Below are positions 17,567-25,678 of a stretch of 37,802 bases of DNA, piece after piece (the first letter of the stretch is position 1; every line of letters begins with the position of its first letter). A program made the translations under genes and the position numbers. Under the pieces are notes generated by a model. It saw only the letters and a list, made by a program, of their open reading frames with translations. It had not been told where the DNA came from and did not search any database. The DNA is from Acidimicrobiia bacterium (lineage in GTDB: Bacteria; Actinomycetota; Acidimicrobiia; Spongiisociales; UBA5794): contig BTQP01000002.1 in the NCBI GenBank assembly GCA_036985935.1, positions 1 to 37,802 of the forward strand, read 5' to 3'.

Positions 17567-17594
17567 CCCACCCCCCTCCGGGGTGGGGTATACT
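17567..17594. promoter_or_regulatory. GC-tract inverted repeat CCCACCCC-N5-GGGGTGGG abutting a TATACT -10-like hexamer (CsoR-type operator candidate)
   Basis: Arms are 17567-17574 and 17580-17587 (perfect 8/8). TATACT is at 17589-17594, 40 nt upstream of the YHS-protein ATG. The element lies in a divergent intergenic region, so a terminator role is unlikely. Confidence 0.45.
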
Positions 17595-17634
17595 CACGCC
17601 CTCAAGCGCACGAGAAATCTCGGAGGGTTTTCGT

Positions 17635-17880
17635 ATGACCAAGCTCCTCGACCCCGTGTGTGGCATGACGGTCGATGACACTTCGTTCCTTGCACCGGGG
17701 TATGACGATGTCGCCTTCTGTGCACCAGGCTGTCGCACGACGTTCCTGCGCGACCCCGCGGCATATCCGAACCGCATGGGCAGCGCCGCACCGACCACGA
17801 TGATTCCCACCGCGCCCACCAACGACAGCGCCGCTTGTCAGTGCGATCACAACGCTGCGGACCTGTCCCACGGCCACTAG
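17635..17880 (+). CDS. YHS/TRASH-domain metal-binding protein
   Basis: LDPVCGMTVDD...FCAPGCRTTFLRDPAAY is the YHS domain signature. The Cys/His-rich tail is CQCDH...HGH. GGAGGG lies about 8 nt upstream of ATG 17635. Confidence 0.75.
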   Translation: MTKLLDPVCGMTVDDTSFLAPGYDDVAFCAPGCRTTFLRDPAAYPNRMGSAAPTTMIPTAPTNDSAACQCDHNAADLSHGH

Positions 17881-17896
17881 AGCTGTGTGATCGATC

Positions 17897-18544
17897 TTGG
17901 ATACCAACGCTTCGGAACAAGCAGATGTCACGAAACGCTACAACGCGATGGCGCGGATCTACGACATCTACGACGCTCCCATGGAATGGATGGGTACGAG
18001 ATCGAGACGCAAGCGTCTGCTGGGGCAGGCATCAGGCTCAGTTCTCGAAGTCGGAATCGGCACAGGGAAGAATCTGCCGTACTACCACGATGGTGTCGAC
18101 GTGACAGGTATCGATGTCTCGTCCGGAATGCTGTCGAGGGCGAAACAACGTCTCGTATCAACGCCGGTAGCGGCCGTCCTCATCGAAGCTGACGTTCAGG
18201 ATCTGCCGTTTGACGACGACAGTTTCGACACGGTCGTCGGCACGAGCGTGTTCTGCTCGGTCGCGGATCCTGTGATGGGAATGCGGGAGATGGGACGGGT
18301 GGTGAAACCTCAGGGGCGTATTCTGTTGCTCGAACATGTGAGGCCGCGAAACCGGATATTCGGTTTCCTGGCGGACCTTGCCACCGTGCTCACGCGGCGC
18401 CTCTTCGGGTTCCGTGCGAACCGCCGGACGGAGGAGAACATCGCAGCATCCGGGCTCGAGGTCATTGATGTCACTCGCAACGGTGTTTGGCGTACGATCG
18501 TGGCACGTGCGGCATCTTCGTCGAGTGAGGGCAGGACCGGATGA
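17897..18544 (+). CDS. Class I SAM-dependent methyltransferase (Methyltransf_11-like)
   Basis: VLEVGIGTGKNL (motif I), GIDVSSGML, FDTVVGTSVFCSV, GRILLLEH. The TTG start at 17897 is tentative (next ATG at 17948). The stop overlaps the next ATG (ATGA 18541-18544). Confidence 0.8.
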   Translation: MDTNASEQADVTKRYNAMARIYDIYDAPMEWMGTRSRRKRLLGQASGSVLEVGIGTGKNLPYYHDGVDVTGIDVSSGMLSRAKQRLVSTPVAAVLIEADVQDLPFDDDSFDTVVGTSVFCSVADPVMGMREMGRVVKPQGRILLLEHVRPRNRIFGFLADLATVLTRRLFGFRANRRTEENIAASGLEVIDVTRNGVWRTIVARAASSSSEGRTG

Positions 18545-19602
18545 CGGATCGTCACGCCAATATGAACCACGCAGCGTCAGTACGAAGTGCCATCGATGAC
18601 CCCTTTGAGCCGTTGCTCGACGTACGAGACCTTCGGACCTATTTCCTGACAGATGGAGGAGACGTCAGAGCCGTCGACGGAATCTCCTTCACCATGAACA
18701 AGGGTGAGAGACTGGGTGTTGTTGGCGAATCCGGTTCGGGGAAGTCGGTGACGGCTGCATCGATCATGGGCCTGATCGAACCTCCGGGCGCGATCGTCGG
18801 AGGCGAAATACTCTTTCACGGCCGCGATCTTGTGCAGCTCCGGGAGCGAGACATGCGAAAGATCCGTGGCAAGGAGATCGCGATCATCTTCCAGGACCCG
18901 ATGACCGCCCTCGATCCGGTGTTCACCGTTGGAAGCCAGATGGTCGAGACACTCAAAATCCACCGGAACATGTCCAAGAAGGAGGCGCGCACGGTCGCGA
19001 TCGACACACTCGCAGACGTCTCCATCCCCCGGCCTGAACAGCGCATCGATGAATATCCGCACCAGTTCTCCGGTGGAATGCGCCAGAGGGTGGTCATTGC
19101 AATGGCGCTGTTGTGTGATCCCGATCTTCTCATCGCAGATGAGCCAACAACTGCGCTCGATGTCACCTCACAGGCGCAGGTCATGGATCTGATGCTCGGG
19201 TTGGCGAACGATCGCGGAACGGCCGTCATGTTGATCACGCACGATCTGGGAGTGGTTGCGGGGTTCTGTGAGAACGTGCAGGTCATGTACGCCGGCGAGA
19301 TCATCGAGAGGGGACTCGCAGGCCCGCTCTACCTCAGCCCCGAGCATCCGTACACGCGTGGTCTGTTGGAGTCCGTGCCGAGGTTGGATGCCGATGCCCA
19401 ACATCAGCTCTACTCGATCCGCGGCGCAGCGCCGTCGTCGACGACGCCACCGCGCGGATGCCGATTCTGGCCCCGCTGTGACTACGCGACGGACCTCTGC
19501 GTGTCTGACAGACCGGATCGGTGCGATGGAACCGGTGACAAGGAGTGTGCCTGCCACTTCGCCGGCCACCTGAAGTACGAGTCGGAGAGGGCGGGCACGT
19601 GA
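18541..19602 (+). CDS. ABC transporter ATP-binding protein, Opp/Dpp/Nik family (OppD-like)
   Basis: Walker A GESGSGKS, signature FSGGMRQR, Walker B LLIADEPTTALD, and a C-terminal oligopeptide-type Cys motif (GCRFWPRCDYATDLC). Confidence 0.9.
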   Translation: MTDRHANMNHAASVRSAIDDPFEPLLDVRDLRTYFLTDGGDVRAVDGISFTMNKGERLGVVGESGSGKSVTAASIMGLIEPPGAIVGGEILFHGRDLVQLRERDMRKIRGKEIAIIFQDPMTALDPVFTVGSQMVETLKIHRNMSKKEARTVAIDTLADVSIPRPEQRIDEYPHQFSGGMRQRVVIAMALLCDPDLLIADEPTTALDVTSQAQVMDLMLGLANDRGTAVMLITHDLGVVAGFCENVQVMYAGEIIERGLAGPLYLSPEHPYTRGLLESVPRLDADAQHQLYSIRGAAPSSTTPPRGCRFWPRCDYATDLCVSDRPDRCDGTGDKECACHFAGHLKYESERAGT

Positions 19603-20696
19603 CCTCCGGCGACACCGAACGCAGCTCTGGGATAGACACGACCGGTTCGGTCCTTCTCCGCGTCGAGAACCTGAAGAAGGACTTTGTCGTCAAACGACAC
19701 GGCCTTAAGAGAAAGCCGGAAAAGCTCCAGGCGGTCGCGGGCGTATCGTTCGAGGTGCGATCAGGCCAGACCCTGAGCCTCGTCGGCGAATCGGGCTGCG
19801 GCAAGTCAACAACCGCGCGGTGCATACTCAGACTCGTTGAGCCGACGTCGGGCAAGGTGTTCTTCAGGCACCAGCACGAAGGGGATGACGACGCGGAACT
19901 CGTAGACATTGTTGCCGTAAAATCGAAGGAGCTTCGCGAGATTCGCCGCAACGCACAGATAGTTTTCCAGGATCCTGTTGCATCGCTCAACCCGAGGATG
20001 AGCGTCGAAGCGATCATCGCTGAGCCCCTTGTGGCCTATCACGTTGGAAGTCGGGCGGAGCGTGCCGCCAGGGTCAGAGAGCTGCTCGAGCTGGTCGGCA
20101 TGAAACCGTCACATGCATCACGGCATCCGCGCTCGTTCTCTGGCGGTCAGCGCCAACGAATCGGGATCGCTCGTGCTCTTGCGCTGCATCCATCGCTCAT
20201 CATTCTCGACGAACCGGTATCGGCACTCGACGTGTCCGTGCAGGCCCAGGTGCTCAACCTGCTCGATGATCTCCAGGGGCAGCTCGGACTGACGTACGTG
20301 TTCATCGCCCACGACCTCGCTGTCGTCAAACATGTGAGCACCGAGGTTGCGGTCATGTACCTCGGCAAGATCGTTGAAAAGGCTGACCGCAACACGCTGT
20401 TTCAAGCTCCTCTGCACCCGTACACACATGCCCTCATGTCCGCGGTGCCGATACCGGATCCCGTCGTCGAAGCTGATAGGGAGCGAATCATCCTCGAGAG
20501 TGAGATCCCATCAGCCGTGAACCCGCCGTCCGGGTGCAGATTTCGGACGCGTTGCCCCATTGCCGAGGTGCCGGGAAGGTGTTCTGAGGAAGAGCCAGTA
20601 CTTCGGGAGTACGCTCCCGGCCACCTGGTTGCATGTCATTTTCCACAACCTGACGGCCTCCCAGGAGGCTCAGACTCTGACCCTGTGTCGGTGTAG
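19599..20696 (+). CDS. ABC transporter ATP-binding protein, Opp/Dpp/Nik family (OppF-like)
   Basis: Walker A GESGCGKST, signature FSGGQRQR, Walker B LIILDEPVSALD, C-terminal GCRFRTRCP. GTG 19599 overlaps the upstream stop (GTGA), with GGAGAGGG upstream. Confidence 0.9.
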   Translation: MTSGDTERSSGIDTTGSVLLRVENLKKDFVVKRHGLKRKPEKLQAVAGVSFEVRSGQTLSLVGESGCGKSTTARCILRLVEPTSGKVFFRHQHEGDDDAELVDIVAVKSKELREIRRNAQIVFQDPVASLNPRMSVEAIIAEPLVAYHVGSRAERAARVRELLELVGMKPSHASRHPRSFSGGQRQRIGIARALALHPSLIILDEPVSALDVSVQAQVLNLLDDLQGQLGLTYVFIAHDLAVVKHVSTEVAVMYLGKIVEKADRNTLFQAPLHPYTHALMSAVPIPDPVVEADRERIILESEIPSAVNPPSGCRFRTRCPIAEVPGRCSEEEPVLREYAPGHLVACHFPQPDGLPGGSDSDPVSV

Positions 20697-20735
20697 ACCA
20701 GGGCAGAGCTTCTCGCTCATCGCCCGAAGCTACTG

Positions 20736-21818
20736 CTACTCGTCGACAGGTTTGTAGCGTATCCCTGCGCCTGGGTTCTGCCCTGCGATGAGTTGTGGTG
20801 GTTCGTTGTCATCGCGTAGCCCCCGAAGACGTTCGCGGAATCGTGATTTGCTGAGTGTCTTCCCTGAAGGGTCGAATACGTCACGCAATCCGTCGCCCAT
20901 GAAGTTCACAGACACGACCGTCAGAAAGATCATGATCCCAGGGAACACAGCAGCCCACGGGTTCGTGAAGATCTGTTGTTGGGCATTGCGCAACATCGTT
21001 CCCCACGAGGACGCCGGCGGCTGGAGGCCGAGACCGAGGAAACTCAGGGTTGACTCAGCGATGATCGCCGACGCAACTCCGAGCGTTCCGGCGACGATCA
21101 GTGGACTCAGAGAGTTCGGCAGCAAATGCTTGAAGATGATGCCGCGTGTCCCTGTGCCCGACGCTCTGGCAGACAGCACGAACTCGCGCTCACGCAGCGT
21201 CATGAACGAACCTCGGGTCAGCCTGGCAACGTTCATCCAGCGCACGAGGCCGATGATGATGACCATCGTCGTGAAACTGGGCCCGAGCAGGGAGGCAGCG
21301 AGGATCAGCAAGAACAGGTCCGGCAGTGACAGAGCGAGATCGGTAAATCGCATGAGAACGTTGTCGACCCACCGGCCGTAGTAACCGGCCAATGAACCGA
21401 CAAGAGTTCCGATCGTCAGAGCAACCGTCGTCGCTAGCGCAGCGACTCCTAGCGAGACTCGACCGCCAGCCAGGATACGGGTCATACTGTCTCGTCCGAG
21501 TTCGTCCGTTCCCATCGGATGGGCGAGCGATGGGCCCTGGAGACGGTTCGATAGATCCTGCGCCAGGGTGTCGTACGGGCTGAGCATCGGCCCGAAGATC
21601 GCGGCGCCGAGGACCACCAGGAAAACGATCATGCCTATGACGGCGGGACGGTTCTTGCGGAAGGTCCGCCAGTTGCGACGCCATCCCGGGATCTCGACTA
21701 CTTCCTCGTCGACGGCCAGAGCGTCGAGATGTTCGGCGGAAACACCAGATCGATCAGTGTGCGTGTCGTCTAGATCAGTCAAAACGTACTCTCGGGTCGA
21801 GCTGGCCATACAACACAT
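20736..21818 (-). CDS. ABC transporter permease (OppC/DppC-like)
   Basis: N-terminal OppC-type extension and the BPD_transp_1 core (SARASGTGTRGIIFKHLLPN). The start is ambiguous (ATG 21818 or 21809, or TTG 21782). All three overlap the end of the upstream permease gene. Confidence 0.85.
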   Translation of the reverse strand: MCCMASSTREYVLTDLDDTHTDRSGVSAEHLDALAVDEEVVEIPGWRRNWRTFRKNRPAVIGMIVFLVVLGAAIFGPMLSPYDTLAQDLSNRLQGPSLAHPMGTDELGRDSMTRILAGGRVSLGVAALATTVALTIGTLVGSLAGYYGRWVDNVLMRFTDLALSLPDLFLLILAASLLGPSFTTMVIIIGLVRWMNVARLTRGSFMTLREREFVLSARASGTGTRGIIFKHLLPNSLSPLIVAGTLGVASAIIAESTLSFLGLGLQPPASSWGTMLRNAQQQIFTNPWAAVFPGIMIFLTVVSVNFMGDGLRDVFDPSGKTLSKSRFRERLRGLRDDNEPPQLIAGQNPGAGIRYKPVDE

Positions 21819-22728
21819 CAGCGAGCAGGTTCGAAGCGACCACCATCAAAGAGCCAAGGACGAGAATGCCCATCAGGACAGGGTAGTCGAACCGCAAAGC
21901 CGAATCCCAGAACAACCGTCCGGTCCCGGGCCAGGAGAAGATGGTTTCGACCACGAGAGCACCGACGAGGAATTCGGGGATATGAATCGCTACGACGGTT
22001 ACGAACGGAATCCCTGCGTTGCGGAATGCGTGGCGCATGTAGCGCCTCATGGGGGGCACCCCACGAGCCTTATGGAATCGCATGTAGTCCTCGTCCATGG
22101 TTTCGATCATGGAGGCGCGCAGATACCTCGTGAAGAACGACAGCGACACCAGCGAAATGGCGATCGTTGGAAGTGTGAGGTACCAGATGCGTGTTCCGAT
22201 GCCAACCTCCTGACCCGGGGGTCCCATGCCACCCGTTGGGAACCATCCGAGCCACACGGAAAAGACGATGATGAGCATGAGTCCGAGCCAGAAGACCGGG
22301 AGCGACAGGCCAACGAAGCTGAGGAATGTCAGTGAATGATCGACCCATGTGTCTCGTTTGATCGCAGCGAGCAGCCCGAGTGGAATCGAAATGATGAGAG
22401 AGACGGTGATGCCAGAGAACATCAGGAGCAGGGTTGCGGGAAGTCGCTCCATGATGAGGTCGAAGACAGGCTGGCGAGCGACGAACGAGATGCCCCAGTT
22501 GCCCTGGATGAACTGACCGAGCCATGCGAAGTATTGGATGATGATCGGCCTGTCGAAGCCGAACTCGGCTTCGATTCGTGCGAGGTCTTCTCCGCTGACG
22601 TTTGCGAGCCCGCGATACGCAGCCGTAGGTCCTCCCGGTGTCAACTGGAGGAGCAGGAAGGCTACGAGGGAGATACCGACGAGGATGGGCACGGCCTGCA
22701 GGATTCGTTTCGCTACGAATTTCAGCAA
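21775..22728 (-). CDS. ABC transporter permease (OppB/DppB-like)
   Basis: MLKFVAKRILQAVPILVGISLVAFLL is a classic OppB N-terminus. Also has the EAA-like region (DYMRFHKARGVP). Confidence 0.9.
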   Translation of the reverse strand: MLKFVAKRILQAVPILVGISLVAFLLLQLTPGGPTAAYRGLANVSGEDLARIEAEFGFDRPIIIQYFAWLGQFIQGNWGISFVARQPVFDLIMERLPATLLLMFSGITVSLIISIPLGLLAAIKRDTWVDHSLTFLSFVGLSLPVFWLGLMLIIVFSVWLGWFPTGGMGPPGQEVGIGTRIWYLTLPTIAISLVSLSFFTRYLRASMIETMDEDYMRFHKARGVPPMRRYMRHAFRNAGIPFVTVVAIHIPEFLVGALVVETIFSWPGTGRLFWDSALRFDYPVLMGILVLGSLMVVASNLLADVLYGQLDPRVRFD

Positions 22729-22768
22729 GCCATGCCCTTCCTCTAGCGGGTGTCAGACCCGTCGGTTG

Positions 22769-24502
22769 TTAGTTGTCGATTGTCCAGTCCGCCGCGTTCC
22801 ACGTGAACTCGGCCCATGGGTTCGTTGCGTAGCCATTGACGGCTGCACTGAACGCATCAAGCTTCGACCGCTTGTACAGGGGAATGTACACGCCGGCGGC
22901 GAGGATCTCCTCGACGACCGTGCGGTACTCGGCCTTGCGAATCTCGATGTCGAGCGTGGCGGCGCCAGCATCGATCGCCGCATCGAGGGTGTCGTTCTTC
23001 AAGCGGAAGAAGTTCCAGCCCTGGCCACCCGGATCCTCAGGAATCGAGGACGAGCGGAACAGAATCTGCAAGAAGCCGGCTGGATCCAGGTCAGGACCCC
23101 ACGTGTCCATGACGATGTCGTAGTCACCGCGCTGGAGTTTGCCGTTTTCTGCCCAGTTGCCGAACAGCGTCGCCGCGGGCACGTTGTTGATCACGAGTTC
23201 AATGCCGACGGCCTTGAACTGCTCCTGGAGCACCTGCTCGGTGAGTTCACGCACCTGCTGACCGGCAGGAGTGCTGATCTCGAGCGTGAGCCTCTCTCCA
23301 CCCTTTTCACGGATGCCGTCTCCGCTGTCGACCCATCCCGCTTCTTCGAGCAGCGCTATGGCGCCTGCGGGATCGTATTCGGGGTTGGACAGTCCTTCAG
23401 GCGAAGCCCACCCGAGACCGATCGGAGACGTTGCAGCCTCAGAGAGTCCCTGCAACAGATCTTCGATGATCGGAGTCCGATCGATCGCCATTGCGAGAGC
23501 TTGCCTCACCTTCGAATCGCTGAAGGCAAAGTGTGGATCCGCTGGATCCGAACCTGCGCTCAGGTTGAGCCCGAGGTATTCGACGTTGGACGAAGGAGTC
23601 ACCTGAACGGTGACGCCTTCCATGGTGGTGAACTGATCGATAACCGCTGTGTCTATGTTCCAGAAGACATCGATGTCGCCCGTTCGCATTTGTGCGATTC
23701 CCGCGTTCTGATCAGGGATGATCTTGAACACGATGCGATCGATGAGTGGACGGTCGGGTACCCGGTAGTTCGGGTTCGCATCAAGGATGATCGACTGTCC
23801 CGAATCCCAACTGGTGACTACGTATGGACCGGTGCCCTCAGGGGTCCGGTTGTAGTCGGCATCGGCCAAGGACTGCCCTTCCAGCACGTGGGCTGGCAGG
23901 ATCGCCTCAGGGATGCTGAACAGCGACAGTGCAGGTGAGTACAGCTCTTTGTACGTCACGACCGCGGTTTGAGCGTCAGGTATCGCGATCGACTCGATCA
24001 ATTCATACCCGGTTGTTGTCGTTACGGCGTTCGCCGGGTCCATCACTGTTTCCCACGTGAACTGAACGTCACGGGATGTGAACGGATCACCGTCGGACCA
24101 TGTGAGTCCTTCCAACAGCTTGTACGTAACGGTGAGGCCGTCCTCAGAGATCGTTCCGCTGGCGACCGAGGGAACCTCGGCCAGCTCAGGAATGTAGTTG
24201 CCGTCAGGATCGGCACCCACGAGACCCTCGACTACAAGATCACGAACGATCCTGCTTGCCGTCTGAACGGCAAGGTACGGGTTGAGGTTGTCCGGTTCCT
24301 GGAACAGACCGACCGTGAGTACACCACCTGCATCTTCAGCCGTCGGTGGGATGGTTGTCGTTGTGGTTGGGGCGGCGGTTGTAGTCGTCTCATCGACTGC
24401 TCCGCTTGGTGCTGCTGTCGTTGTCGTCGTGTCGTCGCCAGACGTGCTACAAGCAGCAGCCGTCATTGCGAGCACGACGAGCAGAATCGCCAGTCGCTTC
24501 AT
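22769..24502 (-). CDS. ABC transporter substrate-binding lipoprotein, SBP family 5 (peptide/nickel/opine type)
   Basis: Start at ATG 24502 (MKRLAILLVVLAMTAAACS, lipobox), preceded by GAGGAGG. A Thr-rich linker is followed by a family-5 SBP body. The 73 upstream codons of the ORF track were judged a spurious extension. Confidence 0.85.
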   Translation of the reverse strand: MKRLAILLVVLAMTAAACSTSGDDTTTTTAAPSGAVDETTTTAAPTTTTTIPPTAEDAGGVLTVGLFQEPDNLNPYLAVQTASRIVRDLVVEGLVGADPDGNYIPELAEVPSVASGTISEDGLTVTYKLLEGLTWSDGDPFTSRDVQFTWETVMDPANAVTTTTGYELIESIAIPDAQTAVVTYKELYSPALSLFSIPEAILPAHVLEGQSLADADYNRTPEGTGPYVVTSWDSGQSIILDANPNYRVPDRPLIDRIVFKIIPDQNAGIAQMRTGDIDVFWNIDTAVIDQFTTMEGVTVQVTPSSNVEYLGLNLSAGSDPADPHFAFSDSKVRQALAMAIDRTPIIEDLLQGLSEAATSPIGLGWASPEGLSNPEYDPAGAIALLEEAGWVDSGDGIREKGGERLTLEISTPAGQQVRELTEQVLQEQFKAVGIELVINNVPAATLFGNWAENGKLQRGDYDIVMDTWGPDLDPAGFLQILFRSSSIPEDPGGQGWNFFRLKNDTLDAAIDAGAATLDIEIRKAEYRTVVEEILAAGVYIPLYKRSKLDAFSAAVNGYATNPWAEFTWNAADWTIDN

Positions 24503-24817
24503 GGGTTTCCTCCTCGGGGGCCTCTCGACCTCTTGTCCATCAAGTTGATTCGGATCCGTGGTCTCTCTCCGGAGCACTAATGGAGCCTTCCAAGTCACGT
24601 GCAACCACGAATCCACCGGTGCAGCGTAACAGCGCGTGCCGACTCCGTAAACCCCTCCCCGTGTGGGGTGGGAGATGATCGGTTTCGCTCTCCCCGCAAG
24701 AGTGAGTCCGTTCGCCGCCATCGTTGTCTATGGAAGGTCCCGATGCGTCGCACGTGTAACCCCACGTGGTATCCCTCTGGGGGTGGGGGCACGAAGCACG
24801 TCGGCCGACCACGGAGA

Positions 24818-25678
24818 TCAGGAGGTTGTGTTGAACTCCGCGAAGGCCGTATCGATCGACTGCCGAATGTCGGAGTCGAGAGTCGGCAGCGGAAGGCGTC
24901 CGTTCCCGGGCCGCATCCCTGCCAACGCCGCTGCGTACTTCGTGCCAGGCACGCCATGTCGCTCAACAACCGAAGTCACCCGCACAAGGTGCCGCTGGGA
25001 GTCACCGTTGCCGGCGGCGGCGTCGGCGACCACGGTGAACGCATAGTTCGCACTTGCCGTGATGGCGCCGTGGGAGCCACGATCGAAGCTGTCGGCAAGG
25101 GCTCGCGACGCGCCCGCGTACACGATGAACTCATCGCTGAGGATGGGCGCAAGCTCGTCGAGCCGCGAGACATCTCCTCCGCTGTCTTTCATGCCAGCGA
25201 TGTTGGGATGACCGGCGAGTCCAGCGACGGATTCGCAGTCCAACTCATATCCGGTCACCGCAGGAACGCTATAGAGGAAAACGGGTATCGGCGAGGCGTC
25301 AGCCACCCATTCGTAGTAGTCCGAGATCCACGGCGCGCGCCCACGCATCAATGTTGTAGGTGTTACGACGAGCAGCGCGTCGGCGCTCGCATCAACCGCT
25401 TCATTCATCTGTGCGTGTGCGCTTCGGGAGGATTCAGCGAATATTCCGCAGAGGATGACCAGATCCGACTCGACCTCCCTGGCTCCAGACACGAGCGCAG
25501 CGCGCTCGCCGGTTTCGAGGTATGGCCCCTCACCGGTCGACCCCGCGACAAGAACCCCGAGGGCGCCCGCTGCACACACGAGCGAGACGTTGTGCTCGTG
25601 GTTACCAGGGTCGAGGTTTCCGTCATCATCGAATGCGGTAACGAGCGCCGGCATCGCTCTCGGCCACACGGTTGTCAC
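24818..25678 (-). CDS. Dihydrodipicolinate synthase (DapA) family class I aldolase; true substrate unknown
   Basis: ALVTAFDDDGNLD, VAGSTGEG, GMKDSGGD (Schiff-base Lys region). The GTG at 25678 overlaps the gnd stop (GTGA). ATG 25654 is the alternative start. Confidence 0.7.
   Translation of the reverse strand: MTTVWPRAMPALVTAFDDDGNLDPGNHEHNVSLVCAAGALGVLVAGSTGEGPYLETGERAALVSGAREVESDLVILCGIFAESSRSAHAQMNEAVDASADALLVVTPTTLMRGRAPWISDYYEWVADASPIPVFLYSVPAVTGYELDCESVAGLAGHPNIAGMKDSGGDVSRLDELAPILSDEFIVYAGASRALADSFDRGSHGAITASANYAFTVVADAAAGNGDSQRHLVRVTSVVERHGVPGTKYAAALAGMRPGNGRLPLPTLDSDIRQSIDTAFAEFNTTS

Noticed and set aside
20697-20735. Possible bidirectional terminator between the convergent ABC ATPase and permease genes.
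   Set aside because: Only a weak 6-bp stem (AGCTTC/GAAGCT, 12-nt loop) with no T-tracts. This is not convincing enough to call.
24503-24721. The 73-codon N-terminal extension of the SBP ORF (start 24721), and similar extensions of the MAT (to 10864), Cys/Met PLP enzyme (from 10701), pntB (to 13943) and YHS (from 17494) ORFs.
   Set aside because: Internal starts give canonical N-termini (lipoprotein signal peptide, MAT and PntB N-termini, YHS DPVCGM near the start). These starts have Shine-Dalgarno-like sequences or ATGA/GTGA coupling, and they avoid overlapping divergent genes.
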